Assembly: GCF_964355755.1 (NCBI RefSeq)
Contig: NC_092670.1
Location: 7,678,201 to 7,742,200 of the forward strand
DNA length: 64,000 bases
Origin: Antedon mediterranea
Taxonomy: Eukaryota; Animalia; Echinodermata
Direction of reading: 5' to 3'
Shown piece after piece: positions 34,706 to 46,863 of this stretch. How positions within the stretch are numbered: the first letter of the stretch is position 1; the number at the start of each line of letters is the position of its first letter. Below the pieces are notes generated by a model that worked only from the letters and a program-made list of their open reading frames with translations, searched no databases and was not told where the DNA came from. The position numbers and the translations under genes were made by a program.

Positions 34706-37705
34706 AGGTATTACTTGCTTGTTACTTGATGTTATGGGTCGGTTAGAAAGCTAAATATAGCTTATATGACCCTTCCTGTCTTCTTATAACCAAGATATAC
34801 GACTCCGGGTGTACACATAATGTTCCAGAGTGTTTATAAATGTGAAAAAGTAAACTTGCAGTCAAGGGACTTCCAATGATCATATCATTGAGGAGTGACT
34901 TGAATAGATTTAAATTTGGAGATTTTACAACATTGATTTCTTAGACTTGATTTATCACTTGGTATAAGTAGTGATCCATCGTTAGCAAATAAAGATCTTG
35001 GTGTGATGGCCAATCCATAGTTTCCTATTGTTGTTTAAAGTTTTGGCAAGAACTCTGCTCGAGAATGCTGTATGAAAAGAAATCTTGATAGAAGTTGTCT
35101 TTGTTCTCTAAGTTTAATGGCCTTATCGCCAACTGAAAACTTTGTTTTATGCATCCATGTACCAAAGCTTTTGATTTTAGCTTTCATTCGGTCCCAAATA
35201 CTACTACTGGTGTCAATAGAAAGTCGGTTTTGACAAATTGTTTATATAAATCTTCACCGATCTTATCACCTTTCATGATGTCATTCTTTACAGATTATGG
35301 TAGAACAAGTGATAAAACTATGTTGTTTCATAGCGCAAGGTTGAGGTGATAGTTTCTTTCAACCTTAAAGCATTCTTCTTAGACACTGTGCCTCCCTCTA
35401 GTTGGTAATGTGATGGTGTTTAAGAAAGCCATCTCTCTAATCTTTTACCATCATAGTAAAGTATGGAGCAGTTGCTATAACTCTGTCAATGTACTCTACT
35501 ACTACGACTACTCTAATCATTATCACCATAACATGCGTAGCAATTTCAGGATTTTTTTTCCTTTGCACATCTGCTTTCAAATTTCTGATTTCATTATCAT
35601 TAGATCCAACATCAACAAATCCTGTAATGGTTCCACTTTTCGTTGAAAAACAAAAGACTAGACTTCACTTTCATCTCGTCAAATAGCAAAGACATTTCTG
35701 TTTTTATATCAATTGGATCATTGCTTATGTTTTAATCCTTCTTTATATGTTTGATATGTTCACAGGAAATTCCAGCACCAGGTAGAGAATATACTGTGTA
35801 TTGTTGAACCTGCTAGTAACTTTAAAAACTCATCACTCTTTGCATGTGGTGCAACACACCATTTGATAACGCCAGTGTGCCATCGCATTTGTGTTTTTTT
35901 TTTTACAAAGCTTCCTGCTGCTGTTTGAACAATAATTCTGATGCTCTCCACTTTAGTATTGCTTCCTTTTTAAAAGGGTTCAGCCTCTTTAAAGGCTTTC
36001 TTCATTGCAACAGACTGTGTATTGTTCAGAGAACTCGCTTCCTCGCAAACATGTCTCTTACTTTTCTGTCTGTTTACATTTCTCTTCAAAGACCTTTTCT
36101 GTCTTTGTTATAGAGAAGACTTTTCAATTAGATGTCTATGCGCCATATATCGTAGGTTTGTTGATTCGTGCAAAGCATCAGATGTATTCCTTTTACGCTG
36201 TTTGAACAAAATGCATCGCAAGTCATCGCAATAATTGCATCGAATATTTTACTGTGTGAGCAATTCACATTTGACGTGCCGTACAGATTTGGAGTTTTGG
36301 CAATAGACAGATGTAGACATTTTCCCAAAAGGGCTGCATTCTGTTTCACCACTACAACCTGTCCTCTCAAATATTTTTTTGAATTTTGTTCACCAACATA
36401 TATCGCCTGTTGTCAACAAATGAAGAGCTGATATGCAAAAGGGCTTATGTCCACTTTATTAATTCTGAGAAAACAGCAAAAAAATGATTAGTAAAGATTA
36501 CACACTTTTAATATTATCAAATTTAGTATTTAATGGTAGATTTATGGTCTGTTAATTTTTTAAATAAACGGATGTAAGCCCTTTTGCAAACATTTTGCGA
36601 AAAAAACACAGTGTCAAAGTAGTAAACTACAATTTGAATCATTTAAATGTAAAACAGTTTTTATTTGTAAATCTTTTGATTAAACCATTAATAACAGATA
36701 TTTTTATGTACATTAATACATGATATACATGATTTTTTTCATGCTCTATGTTAAAAAAGGTAGCATATTTTTTAACGTCTGCAAGTGTTTTGCTTTAATC
36801 ACCAGTCTTTTACATTAAGGTCAAGTTTGGCTTCATCTTCCTAATCACTATCACTTCCCATTTCATTGTGGGCCATGTCCGTACAAATAGAATGATAAAA
36901 GTCTCTACCTCGTCTATGCTTTACAGGTTTTACAGTATAGGCATGAAGATATCACTTGGTCTTGGCGCACCTTGTTCGAGTCAAAATACATTGCGTCCCA
37001 CAGCTTCTGTTGTTGTCCGAAATAGCTTCTTTCAGTGTGCTTACAACTTCTGTTTGGGTGTTTATCTATACCAGAAAATGATTTTATGTCAGTGTCATAT
37101 TGATTGTTAAAAATGCTTGAATGCAATACAAACAAAGTGTTCTATAATAGATTATCCTTTATTTTAAACTAGACTAGACCTAAAATACACACATATATAT
37201 AACTAGTTATTTCAAGAAATAAAAAGGTGGAAATTTGGCCATTTTTCGACAAATTTAATATTGCCACTAATGCACATTACTCTAACAAAATGGTTTGAAA
37301 TGCCGAAGTTAACTAAAACTTGTCCATGCGCGCACGCTCATATTAAAAACTCTAAGAATTGTTTCATCAGGAGATAGAAGACAGAATAGGTTGTTTGTCT
37401 TCCCTTTGATCCTTTCAGCCAGGTCTGCTAGACTCGTTACCTTCAAATAAAATTTATCTCCACAAACCAAGCACACATCAGCAAATCAAGTGCAGTATCA
37501 GGAGTAATTCTTACTCGTTTGGTAAAAGATGTCTTCTTCTTTTGTGTGCACCGCACCAATATTCCTTTACATGACAGACATATATATTCGGGATACTACC
37601 CTATGACAAAAGACAAGAAAATTCTTTCCTGGTTTGAACTATGGTAGTCAAGAATTTAAAAATCTACCTATCTAAAAACTATGGTACCTACGCCGTAGAA
37701 TTGAC

Positions 37706-38260
37706 AATCTTCAACTTAGAGGCTATCCTTGTCGGACAGCTTCATTGCCTTTTTTAGCTGCCATTACATATTTATAATTTCAGTCTATTATTCTGTAATG
37801 GAATATTTGTAAATATTTTTTTTGCATGATTGATTAAAAATAAAATGTTTCTTGTTTGTAGAAATGACATTTAAATTAATTTATTTTTTAATCTTCAACT
37901 TAGAGGCTATCCTTGTCGGACAGCTTCATTGCCTTTTTTAGCTGCCATTACATAACTATAATTTCAGTCTATTATTCTGTAATGGTATATTTGTGAATAT
38001 TTTTTTTTGCATGATTGATTAAAAATAAAATGTTTCTTGTTTGTAGAAATGACATTTAAATTAATTTATTTTTTAATCTTGAACTTAGAGGCTATCCTTG
38101 TCGGACAGCTTCATTGCCTTTTTTAGCTGCCATTACATAACTATAATTTCAGTCTATTATTCTGTAATGAAATATTTTTAAATATTTTTTTTGCATGATT
38201 GATTAAAAAAATAAAATCTTTCTTGTTTGTAGAAATGGCATTTAAATAATTGATTTTTAA
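37706..38260. repeat. ~184-bp tandem repeat, 3 copies
   Basis: Units start aatcttcaacttagaggctatcc at 37706, 37890 and 38075. Confidence 0.95.
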
Positions 38261-39795
38261 ATTATATTATTTAACAACAAGATTTGTTCACTTCACTACT
38301 TTATATAAAAACAAAATGTAAAAACTAATATTGTTTAAAAATCATATAGTAAATGTGAAAGATAAATATCTAATATACTTTGATTGTTTACCTGGATTAT
38401 GTGAGGTTAAAAAAAACAAATAAAGTTTCTGAATATTAACGAATAGTTGTTTCAAGGGCGTTTATCTCATTTTGTTCCACATACTGTTAATCTACCATCA
38501 TTAGGAAATGTTCGAATGTATGTAATGCAATGATTCAATGTATTCTATTTAGGCCTATTCATACTACTGTATATGTATATTTATACTATTCTATTTAGGC
38601 ATATTTAAGGCAGCATGTTTCTTAAACTAGGAGATAGAATAGGCATTTGAAATCAGCACTGCTGACTCTTATGTCGAGAGAAGCCATTGATCAATGTTAG
38701 AACCAACCAAGGTGCTTTAAACTTTCTAAGCTTTGTTTGTATCAAACCTGTTAGTGGCGGTAATTATCGCTCTTGGTTTCAATTGAATAAAATAAAAAAT
38801 AAAATAAAAAAATAAAATAATGTACCAAATGCCAAAATATTAAAAAAGCTTTAGTTACTTGCTTTTGCTTTTGCAGGTTTAACTTTAATAATTATTTGAA
38901 TGAATTGTGCCACTTTTTATAACAATGGCAACATGGCCTTTTAGAGTACACTCCCTGGGTTAGACAAGCATCTATGTAAAAATAAACTTAATATAAATAT
39001 GCTTTATATTGGTTAAATATTCAATCGTTGAATGATAAAGGTATTAAAGTGTGACGTCAAACTACACAGTCATTAATTCTCCCTTCGACACGAATCCCAA
39101 AAATGTGGGCAATCAAATCCATAAAGACTCATTCCCTGATCGCATTAATGTAATTTGATATTTCTTTTGTCAATTTTAATTGATGACAAGAAGTTGAATT
39201 CTATGTTTTCGCAATTGCCTTAATAATAATGATATATTTATTTCCCCCAGAAGGTGAGACATAAGAATGTTGTTAACATTCCTGAAAGTTATAAAGAAAA
39301 AAAATGTGGCCTCGCAACAACATTTCTGTATTGTTCTGTATTTTATTACAAAAATAATGTACACAACACAGACAAGTTTTAGAGATTTCATAGTTTATAA
39401 TTCTTTAGAGACGTTACTCTTTCACCACATAGTGACTCACAATTTTATAGACAATATTTATGAGTCAATGCATAAAATGCTTGCGTAAACAATATGTAAT
39501 AAATAAAACTATAAATTGCTTACGTAAGATTTTTTGTTTAGAATTTGTATTCGCCTATTGTAAATATTAACTCATTTCTATTTTTCATTTGTTACGACAT
39601 TTATTGCTAGTTGTAACAAATTCATATTTATTTATTTTTATGTACGATTTTAACATATTAATCTTAACGTTAAAGCGTTATATGCAGATAAATTATATTT
39701 TTTAATGAATGTACAGTAGTGAATATTTTTTTGAGTTTTTGAATTTGATATTAAGACATTGTTTGATTTGTACATAATTATTTAAATCACTAATG

Positions 39796-40458
39796 TCACA
39801 CTTTGACCTAAAACCATTTGGATGTATGGCTTTAACCCGAAGATCAAAATGGATCACACACTTTGACCTAAAACCATTTGGATGTATGGCTTTAACCCGA
39901 ACATCAAAATGGATCACACACTTTGACCTAAAACCATTTGGATGTATGGCTTTAACCCGAACATCAAAATGGATCACACACTTTGACCTAAAACCATTTG
40001 GATGTATGGCTTTAACCCGAACATCAAAATGGATCACACACTTTGACCTAAAACCATTTGGATGTATGGCTTTAACCCGAACATCAAAATGGATCACACA
40101 CTTTGACCTAAAACCATTTGGATGTATGACTTTAACCCGAACATCAAAATGGATCACACACTTTGACCTAAAACCATTTGGATGTATGACTTTAACCCGA
40201 ACATCAAAATGGATCACACACTTTGACCTAAAACCATTTTTGGATGTATGACTTTAACCCGAAGATCAAAATGGATCATACACTTTGACCTAAAACCATT
40301 TGGATGTATGGCTTTAACCCGAACATCAAAATGGATCACACACTTTGACCTAAAACCATTTGGATGTATGGCTTTAACCCGAACATCAAAATGGATCACA
40401 CACTTTGACCTAAAACCATTTGGATGTATGGCTTTAACCCGAACATCAAAATGGATCA
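39796..40458. repeat. 60-bp minisatellite, 11 copies
   Basis: Near-identical units tcacacactttgacctaaaaccatttggatgtatggctttaacccgaacatcaaaatgga. Confidence 0.97.
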
Positions 40459-40867
40459 GTCAATAGTAATACAAAGAACAAAGAAACAATTCAACTTTAA
40501 CACAACTATGAAAAACTAAATGTTTATTGTTAGAAATGTCATTAGGTTTCCTATAAAAATTGAAATCTTGCACTGTAATATAAGTACTAAGCAAGTAGAT
40601 GTCTAAAATTTAATATCAATATAAATGTTAACAAATGGTTATGGTACACATTAATAGACATAATTTATTTATTTAAAGTGGAAAAACAATCTGCTACGTG
40701 GTGCCGTTTAAAAAAAAATAGACCTACTAAAATGACAAAATACATTTCCATGAACAATGTTCCAACGGCGCCCCGTAATAGATTTGATCATTATTTGGTT
40801 GAGGTCTGTTTTTAGTATAGTTTCGTGGTTGAACCCCAGAAAGTGTCGGTAGCATACACATGAACCG

Positions 40868-43363
40868 TTAATTCCTCGACGAGCCCACACAGCAGTATAC
40901 CACCACGTATGTCTGTTCTATGTTTCCGGTTGTAAGGTTGATGACGTATGCAAGATGGAGTCTTTCTGCTTCGTCACAAGCTGCATTTACAACACGGCTG
41001 ATCTGTGATTGACAGGTCTCTTCCATGAACCACTGATAGGTGTCGTCTTCTTGAAGCTTTGGGAAAACAATGTTAAACGAAACAATTACCATTATTTTAA
41101 ATGACTACTTACTAAATATGTTACCTTTTAAGCTTGGTTCCCACTAGGACGCAACGCAAGGACGTAGACGCAACGCAAGCGAGTTAAACAATCACACGCG
41201 ACTGTTCGAATAATCCATCGCTTGAGATTGGTCAAACCACTTTGCGTTGCGTTACATCCTTGCGTCGCGTCCTAGTGGGAACCAAACTTAAGGCTACGGT
41301 CACACGTTAGTAAGTTGATCCAGCGTTCACATAGGCCGAAGTTCCCAGTAATAAGTTCCCAGTAATAATTGTACAGTTTTCTTAATGTAGGCCTGAGCCA
41401 AATGAATACTATGTATTCTACTAAGTCCAAAAAAAAAACCGTAACATAAAGTTTAAATGTTTACACGATTACGTTTCAGTAACAGTACATTAAAACCATT
41501 TTGGCAGACCGAATATATTTCCCGGGGTAAGCCTATAGTTTTTGAACATTAGTGCATATACACTTGCTTGATTACCAATATGTAATCCCGGATTTAGGAG
41601 ACATATTACATTTTTAATTTACCTGAATGACTTGAACTAGTGTTCCATTTGAGTCAATTGTTATGAAGACATTATTCCAGCTGTAGACTGGTTCGCAAAC
41701 CCTGTATGAACCATCACGTCTTCGTCGTGAATCTGACGTGTTACTGACGGCTCCGCCACGTATCTCTGGTAAAGAGTCTTCTTTCATGAAAGCTCCTGAT
41801 AGATATGCCTTTACTTCGATTCTCTGTCTTTTTGACAGCTTTACAACTGGTCGTTTTGCATTCACCTTTTTCAAAACTCTGTGATTCCTTTCCAAAACTT
41901 TAATCTTTCTCTCGTGCTTTTTCTGTAAATAAAAACATTAAAACAAAGGATTGTTTTTATATTATTTTGTAACAATATAAATATATAAGATTTGCTATTT
42001 TTGTCCTGTTGCTAAGCTCATATGTTATTATATTGCAGAGGCTCATCGAGACAAAGGCTGTGCCTTGTGAGGAGCCTCTGGTGGGTGAAATATTGAATAA
42101 AAAAACAATATAGAATATTGTATTTAATTAATAGTTACTTAAACACTTGTTGTTGAAGCAGTTCGACTGTTTCTGGTATCCGTATATTTTTTTTGTATTA
42201 CATTTTATTGATTTTTTTATCATAATTTAAATTCACATTGGGAACATAACTACACTATTACTCCTAACAATTTTAATCACTTTTGACATTTTTTTTGCCA
42301 TTTTATAAAAAAAAAAAAATTAAATGGAGGAAAAAATGATTACTGAAATATTGTTATATTGTTTTATTGTAATATGTGTATTGATATTTATTTTAATCTT
42401 ATAGGCCCTATAAATATCCTGTTTAATATTTTACTACACAGAGCAATTTTATTCAAAATTTCATTATGTATATTTTACAATTTAATACAGAGTAGGTCGG
42501 TCCCCACGAAAGGCAATAATATACAAATAATGAATGTTTATGAGTGCAATGGTATTTGTACCATTACACGAATACAAAACATTCATTATTTGTTTTATAT
42601 AACATCTAAATAACAAACAAAAATGTTTCAAAAAGTACTATTTAACGATCGTTGAATAGTGCGTACTATTGCACGCCATGTGACCCACATTCGTCCAATC
42701 AAATGACAGGAATTTATATAGGTGTTATATAATTCAGGTTAAAACACATCTCGCACTGGACGTGATTAACTTGACATCTAACAAAAATGTTTTGGGTAGT
42801 TGTATAGATGGAAGATGTCAACACAAAATGTATTTTACAAAATAGTGATTGTAAAGTAGAAAGCTATTGAAAACATATTTTTTTCATTAAAAACGATCGT
42901 TAATTATTACACCTTCTGTAAAATTAACATTTATTAGTAAATGTATTACCAAAGTTGACTTTTGTTCAGTGTCCAGTGGTGTAATAGCGTTAACCTTACA
43001 CCTCCTCCTGTTATTTGGGTCTATAATGATATCAATATCTTCAATATCTTCTTCGTCTATAGATGTAACATTACCATCTTCTGTAATGTCCTCTATCAAC
43101 AGTTCTGCTTCGTCCGTGCTGATTTCATCTTCTGTCGAAATCTCCTCTATTTCAATAATTGTCACCGCTGGCGATGTTCTTTCTGTCGTCATCGCATCCT
43201 CCCCACGAGTTACATTTCTCCGTCTATTTCTTGCTCGTTGTCTATTCTGAGCTTGCCGCTCATCTCTATGTAGATTTAGATCTTCCTCGTTTTGTCGAAT
43301 GCATGTGTAAGTTAGGTCAACACAGACAACTATGATAACTAGACATATAGCAGTAACTTTCAT
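40868..43363 (-). CDS. Secreted neurotrophin/Spaetzle-like (cystine-knot-related) prepro-protein
   Basis: Signal peptide MKVTAICLVIIVVCVDLTYT; acidic then basic pro-region; exon 41922-41623 with furin site RRRR; last exon 41056-40868 (phase 0). The mature part GSYRVCEPVYSW..TIDSNGTLVQVI..YQWFMEETC..AAC..CCVG aligns with NGF-type motifs. The donor of the first coding exon is uncertain; 5'UTR acceptor at ~43389 and a candidate upstream donor at ~45599. Confidence 0.7.
41131..41288. mobile_element. Palindromic MITE family A
   Basis: agcttggttcccactagg...cctagtgggaaccaaact. Confidence 0.8.
42517..42732. mobile_element. Copy of the 13.6-13.9 kb foldback element with the hairpin centre deleted
   Basis: Near-identical reverse complement of 13636-13942 lacking ~90 bp of the palindrome apex. 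Confidence 0.8.
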
Positions 43364-43774
43364 CTTGCGAGGTTCAGATACTGAAACTCTGTAAATAAGA
43401 AAATTAAGTGTACTTATTCAATCGTTTATTACCAGTAAAATCAAATTTAAATAAAAAATAAATAAAAAAGATACACCGCGATAACGAGAGTAAACAATAC
43501 TAATATTTTAAAGAATTTGGAAAAAATAGTTAAATATCTTTAACAGAAGTAGGAAAGGTTGGACAAAGTCGCGAGAAAGTATGGATAGCATACAAGTGAA
43601 GAAGATTACGATTAATACGATATTAATTTAAAATATTTTGTGGCTCACCATTTCCTTTATTCATTCAATATTTCATTACATAATTTCTAAACATTTTCAT
43701 TATTTTGTGTTTTTCCTCATTAATATCATAATTTTAACCTTTATTATCATATACCATTAGTAATTATTTTAGAT

Positions 43775-43860
43775 AACAAGGCCAACAGCCATAAGTCGCG
43801 TGCTAAAACGCATAGTGATACCGGACCGACAGACAGACCGACCGGCCGACATAGTGAACA
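43775..43860 (-). mobile_element. Short Helentron-like (HINE) derivative
   Basis: aacaaggcc...gtcgcgtgct joined to aaaacgcatagtgataccggaccgacagacagacc, the same ends as 11505-12208. Confidence 0.6.
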
Positions 43861-46065
43861 ATAAATTTCATCAACAGATTACATACTGTAACCTTTGTTT
43901 GAAAAGTAATCTGCTTACCTTTTAACTCAAATCATACGATTAAGAAAAGTAACTATTGTAAATCTCTTTTATTAAATTTTATAATGTCGCAGTATGAACT
44001 TAATATCAATTTTAGTCGCAGCCATGCAACTATGCTATCATGTTCCAACATAATAATATGATAATCCGATGAGGTGGAAAAACAACAAAATGATATATAA
44101 CATTAACTAAATAAAATAACATATTTCTGATATTGAGTGACATTTTTTAGCACATAACAGTGTAACCGAGTATTTGTTAGGCCTATTTGTATTGTCTTTT
44201 GTGCCAAGCAAAATGAATTTCCATTTTGGAGTGGACCAATAAAATGTCTTGAATCTTGAATCTACACAAGTAAATTCATAGTTTACTAACAAAAGTTTGA
44301 ATACAGCTTGCTTGTGTAGACTCGGCTACAGTATACTATAACACTATCAAACTTTTGTTTGCAAGCTGTACTGCGGGTTTGCACGTGCTTACAGACAAAA
44401 GTTTGAGTGTATATTAAACTTATTATTTTAGTACAATATTAAATCCATATGTTGGCCTCATATATTATTTGGTATCTCCGAGCACCACACCCGGAACTCC
44501 TTTTCCCACACACAACCTTGTAACATTGAATTAATTCTTATCTTTATATCAAGCGCATCCTTTCTAATTTTTCATTTTTAATACAGTACTGTATTACCCA
44601 GTAATATTATTTTGTATTTATTTTTAAACTCCCCACAATAGTTAATTTCTATTAGTAGCAATGACTCGTGTTGGTGTGGAAAATACAAAAGAACAAAGAA
44701 TAAGATTTAAAAAGATTTATGTTATTCATTTAAAGAGGTCACGTTTTCATGGTTGGCGCGTACACAGGCAGGAGGGGTTTCTAAGGAGTTCGAAGTGGGT
44801 AATCTATATTTAAAAGTAAAACGCATATACTAAGTTGTCTGCGGTTTTACTGGCTGACGAGTTGGGAGTTTCTCTTAATTATTTGATATTTTAAAGTTTC
44901 TTCCTCCTAAGGCAGTCTTAACGAGAATATGATAGTATGCAGATGTATGCAGATTTATACTCTGATTTGGAATTTCGGTTATGGAACTTTACACTGAAGT
45001 AAACATACAAAAATAAATGTGTACGTCAACATAATAGTTAATAAATTAATTATTGTTTTTAACTGTGATATATTATTGTTCTGCAATTGTAAATAAAACA
45101 CAACATATTGTTTATTGTAGTTGAATTACAGAGCCTATAAAAAAAACTTACATCAGGTTCAAAGATACAGTGCAAAAAACAACATAACATAAGTAAAAAT
45201 AATGTGCATGGAATATAGTAGCGATTTATAGACATTTGTGAATTTAAAAAAAATATTAAAGATACCTTGATAATATTTAATAATTTATCTTCATATTTCG
45301 TTCAGAATTTCTAAGCGGTTTACAGTTTTTTTTAAGTGATTGTTATGATAATAGTTTAATTAAAATGTTTACAAGTATACAATAGTATAGAGTTAGACCT
45401 TCCCTTTTTTTTTTAAATTTCAATAAGCAATGACCACGACTCCTTTCACATAGAGACAATTAATTATATTATTTTCGGACTATTTTTCTAAATACGTTGC
45501 ATTTACTTATTTTCTTACCATGTATTAATTCAAATCCAATACCTATTTTTTCCTAATATTTAATAAAAAATGAACAGTAAAATTCATTAAATGACTCACC
45601 TTCTATCCCGTTCAGTGTTTTTGGGTGTTTGTAGTAATTTGGCCAATCTTCCTTTCACCAATACCTTGAGATAACGCAACACCCTGACCAATGATTTCCT
45701 ATTATCTTGTTATATCCGTTTTGTGTGCATTAATTAATTCCCGAAGATTTAAGGAAGTTTTTTTAATTACGCTCGACCTGGTTTCTTGACGACGGAAGGA
45801 AATGCACTCCCTTGCTTCTTATTAAAACTTTCAGTTTTATTGCTTCACACAAACAATTGCACAATCACAAAGTATTTTACATGAATAATATAATTGTTGT
45901 GAAACTATATTATGAAAAACTTCAGATAGACTGAACAATACCGTATCTCGAGGTGTTATAAGGCTTTAGTCAGGTGGTATGTAAATTTTCTTGTTATGAC
46001 GACATTTTGAAATCAGTTCAGACCTTTTGTTTAACAAATTTGTTTTGTTTGCATTTAGAATACTA

Positions 46066-46861
46066 CGGTGGCTGATTTCCGCCAAAGAAAAACATTATTT
46101 TGTAATAATACGGCGTTATAACGCCGTAATTTGGGCGTTATAACGCCGTATTAGGGCGTTATAACGCCGTAATAGGGCGTTATAACGCCCTAATTTAGGG
46201 CGTTATAACGCCCTAAATATACAATCTGTTCACACGTACATGCGCATGCGTAGTACATCAACAAACCTCTCGGCGCATTCACAGATTTTAGAAAGTCACG
46301 TGGTACATTACTGGCCATCTTTGTGTCCAACTATGCCTATGTTGTGTATGGAGTCGAGTCATGTGCTTAAAAAATGTATAACATTCACAAGGTTTTAAAT
46401 ATCAAAACAATCAATTTGTTTAAAGGCTTTTGTTAAGATAACGCAATCTTAAAGTTACTGCGAAGATGATTTTAAACAACAAAATGTAAAAACAATGCAT
46501 TACTATAGAGAATCGCTGTACAAAATAAACGCGTAGAGCCAGCCAGAGCCGTTAAATTAAATGGATTAAAGCTATTTTTTTTGTTTAAAATCATCAAAAA
46601 ATAATGTTATTATTGTTTTAACAAAAACCTTTAAACAAATTGATTCAATCCATTCAAAGCCGCAACTCTTTATGGCTCTGGATTTGTTGATGTACTACGC
46701 ATGTGCATGTACGTGTGAACGGATTGTATAATTAGGGCGTTATAACGCCCTAATACGGCGTTATAACGCCCTAATTACGGCGTTATAAAGCCCTAATTAC
46801 GGCGTTATAACGCCGTATTATTATAAAAAAAAACATTTTCTTTGGCGGAAATCAGCCACCG
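46066..46861. mobile_element. TA-flanked MITE with ~200-bp TIRs containing palindromic subrepeats
   Basis: ta|cggtggctgatttccgccaaagaaaa ... ttttctttggcggaaatcagccaccg|ta; ggcgttataacgcc is repeated 4-5 times in each arm. Confidence 0.88.
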
Positions 46862-46863
46862 TA

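Noticed and set aside
39702-40466. Repetitive 150-170 aa ORFs on both strands
   Set aside because: Translations of a 60-bp minisatellite, with the frame broken by a 2-bp insertion and no splice or domain context.
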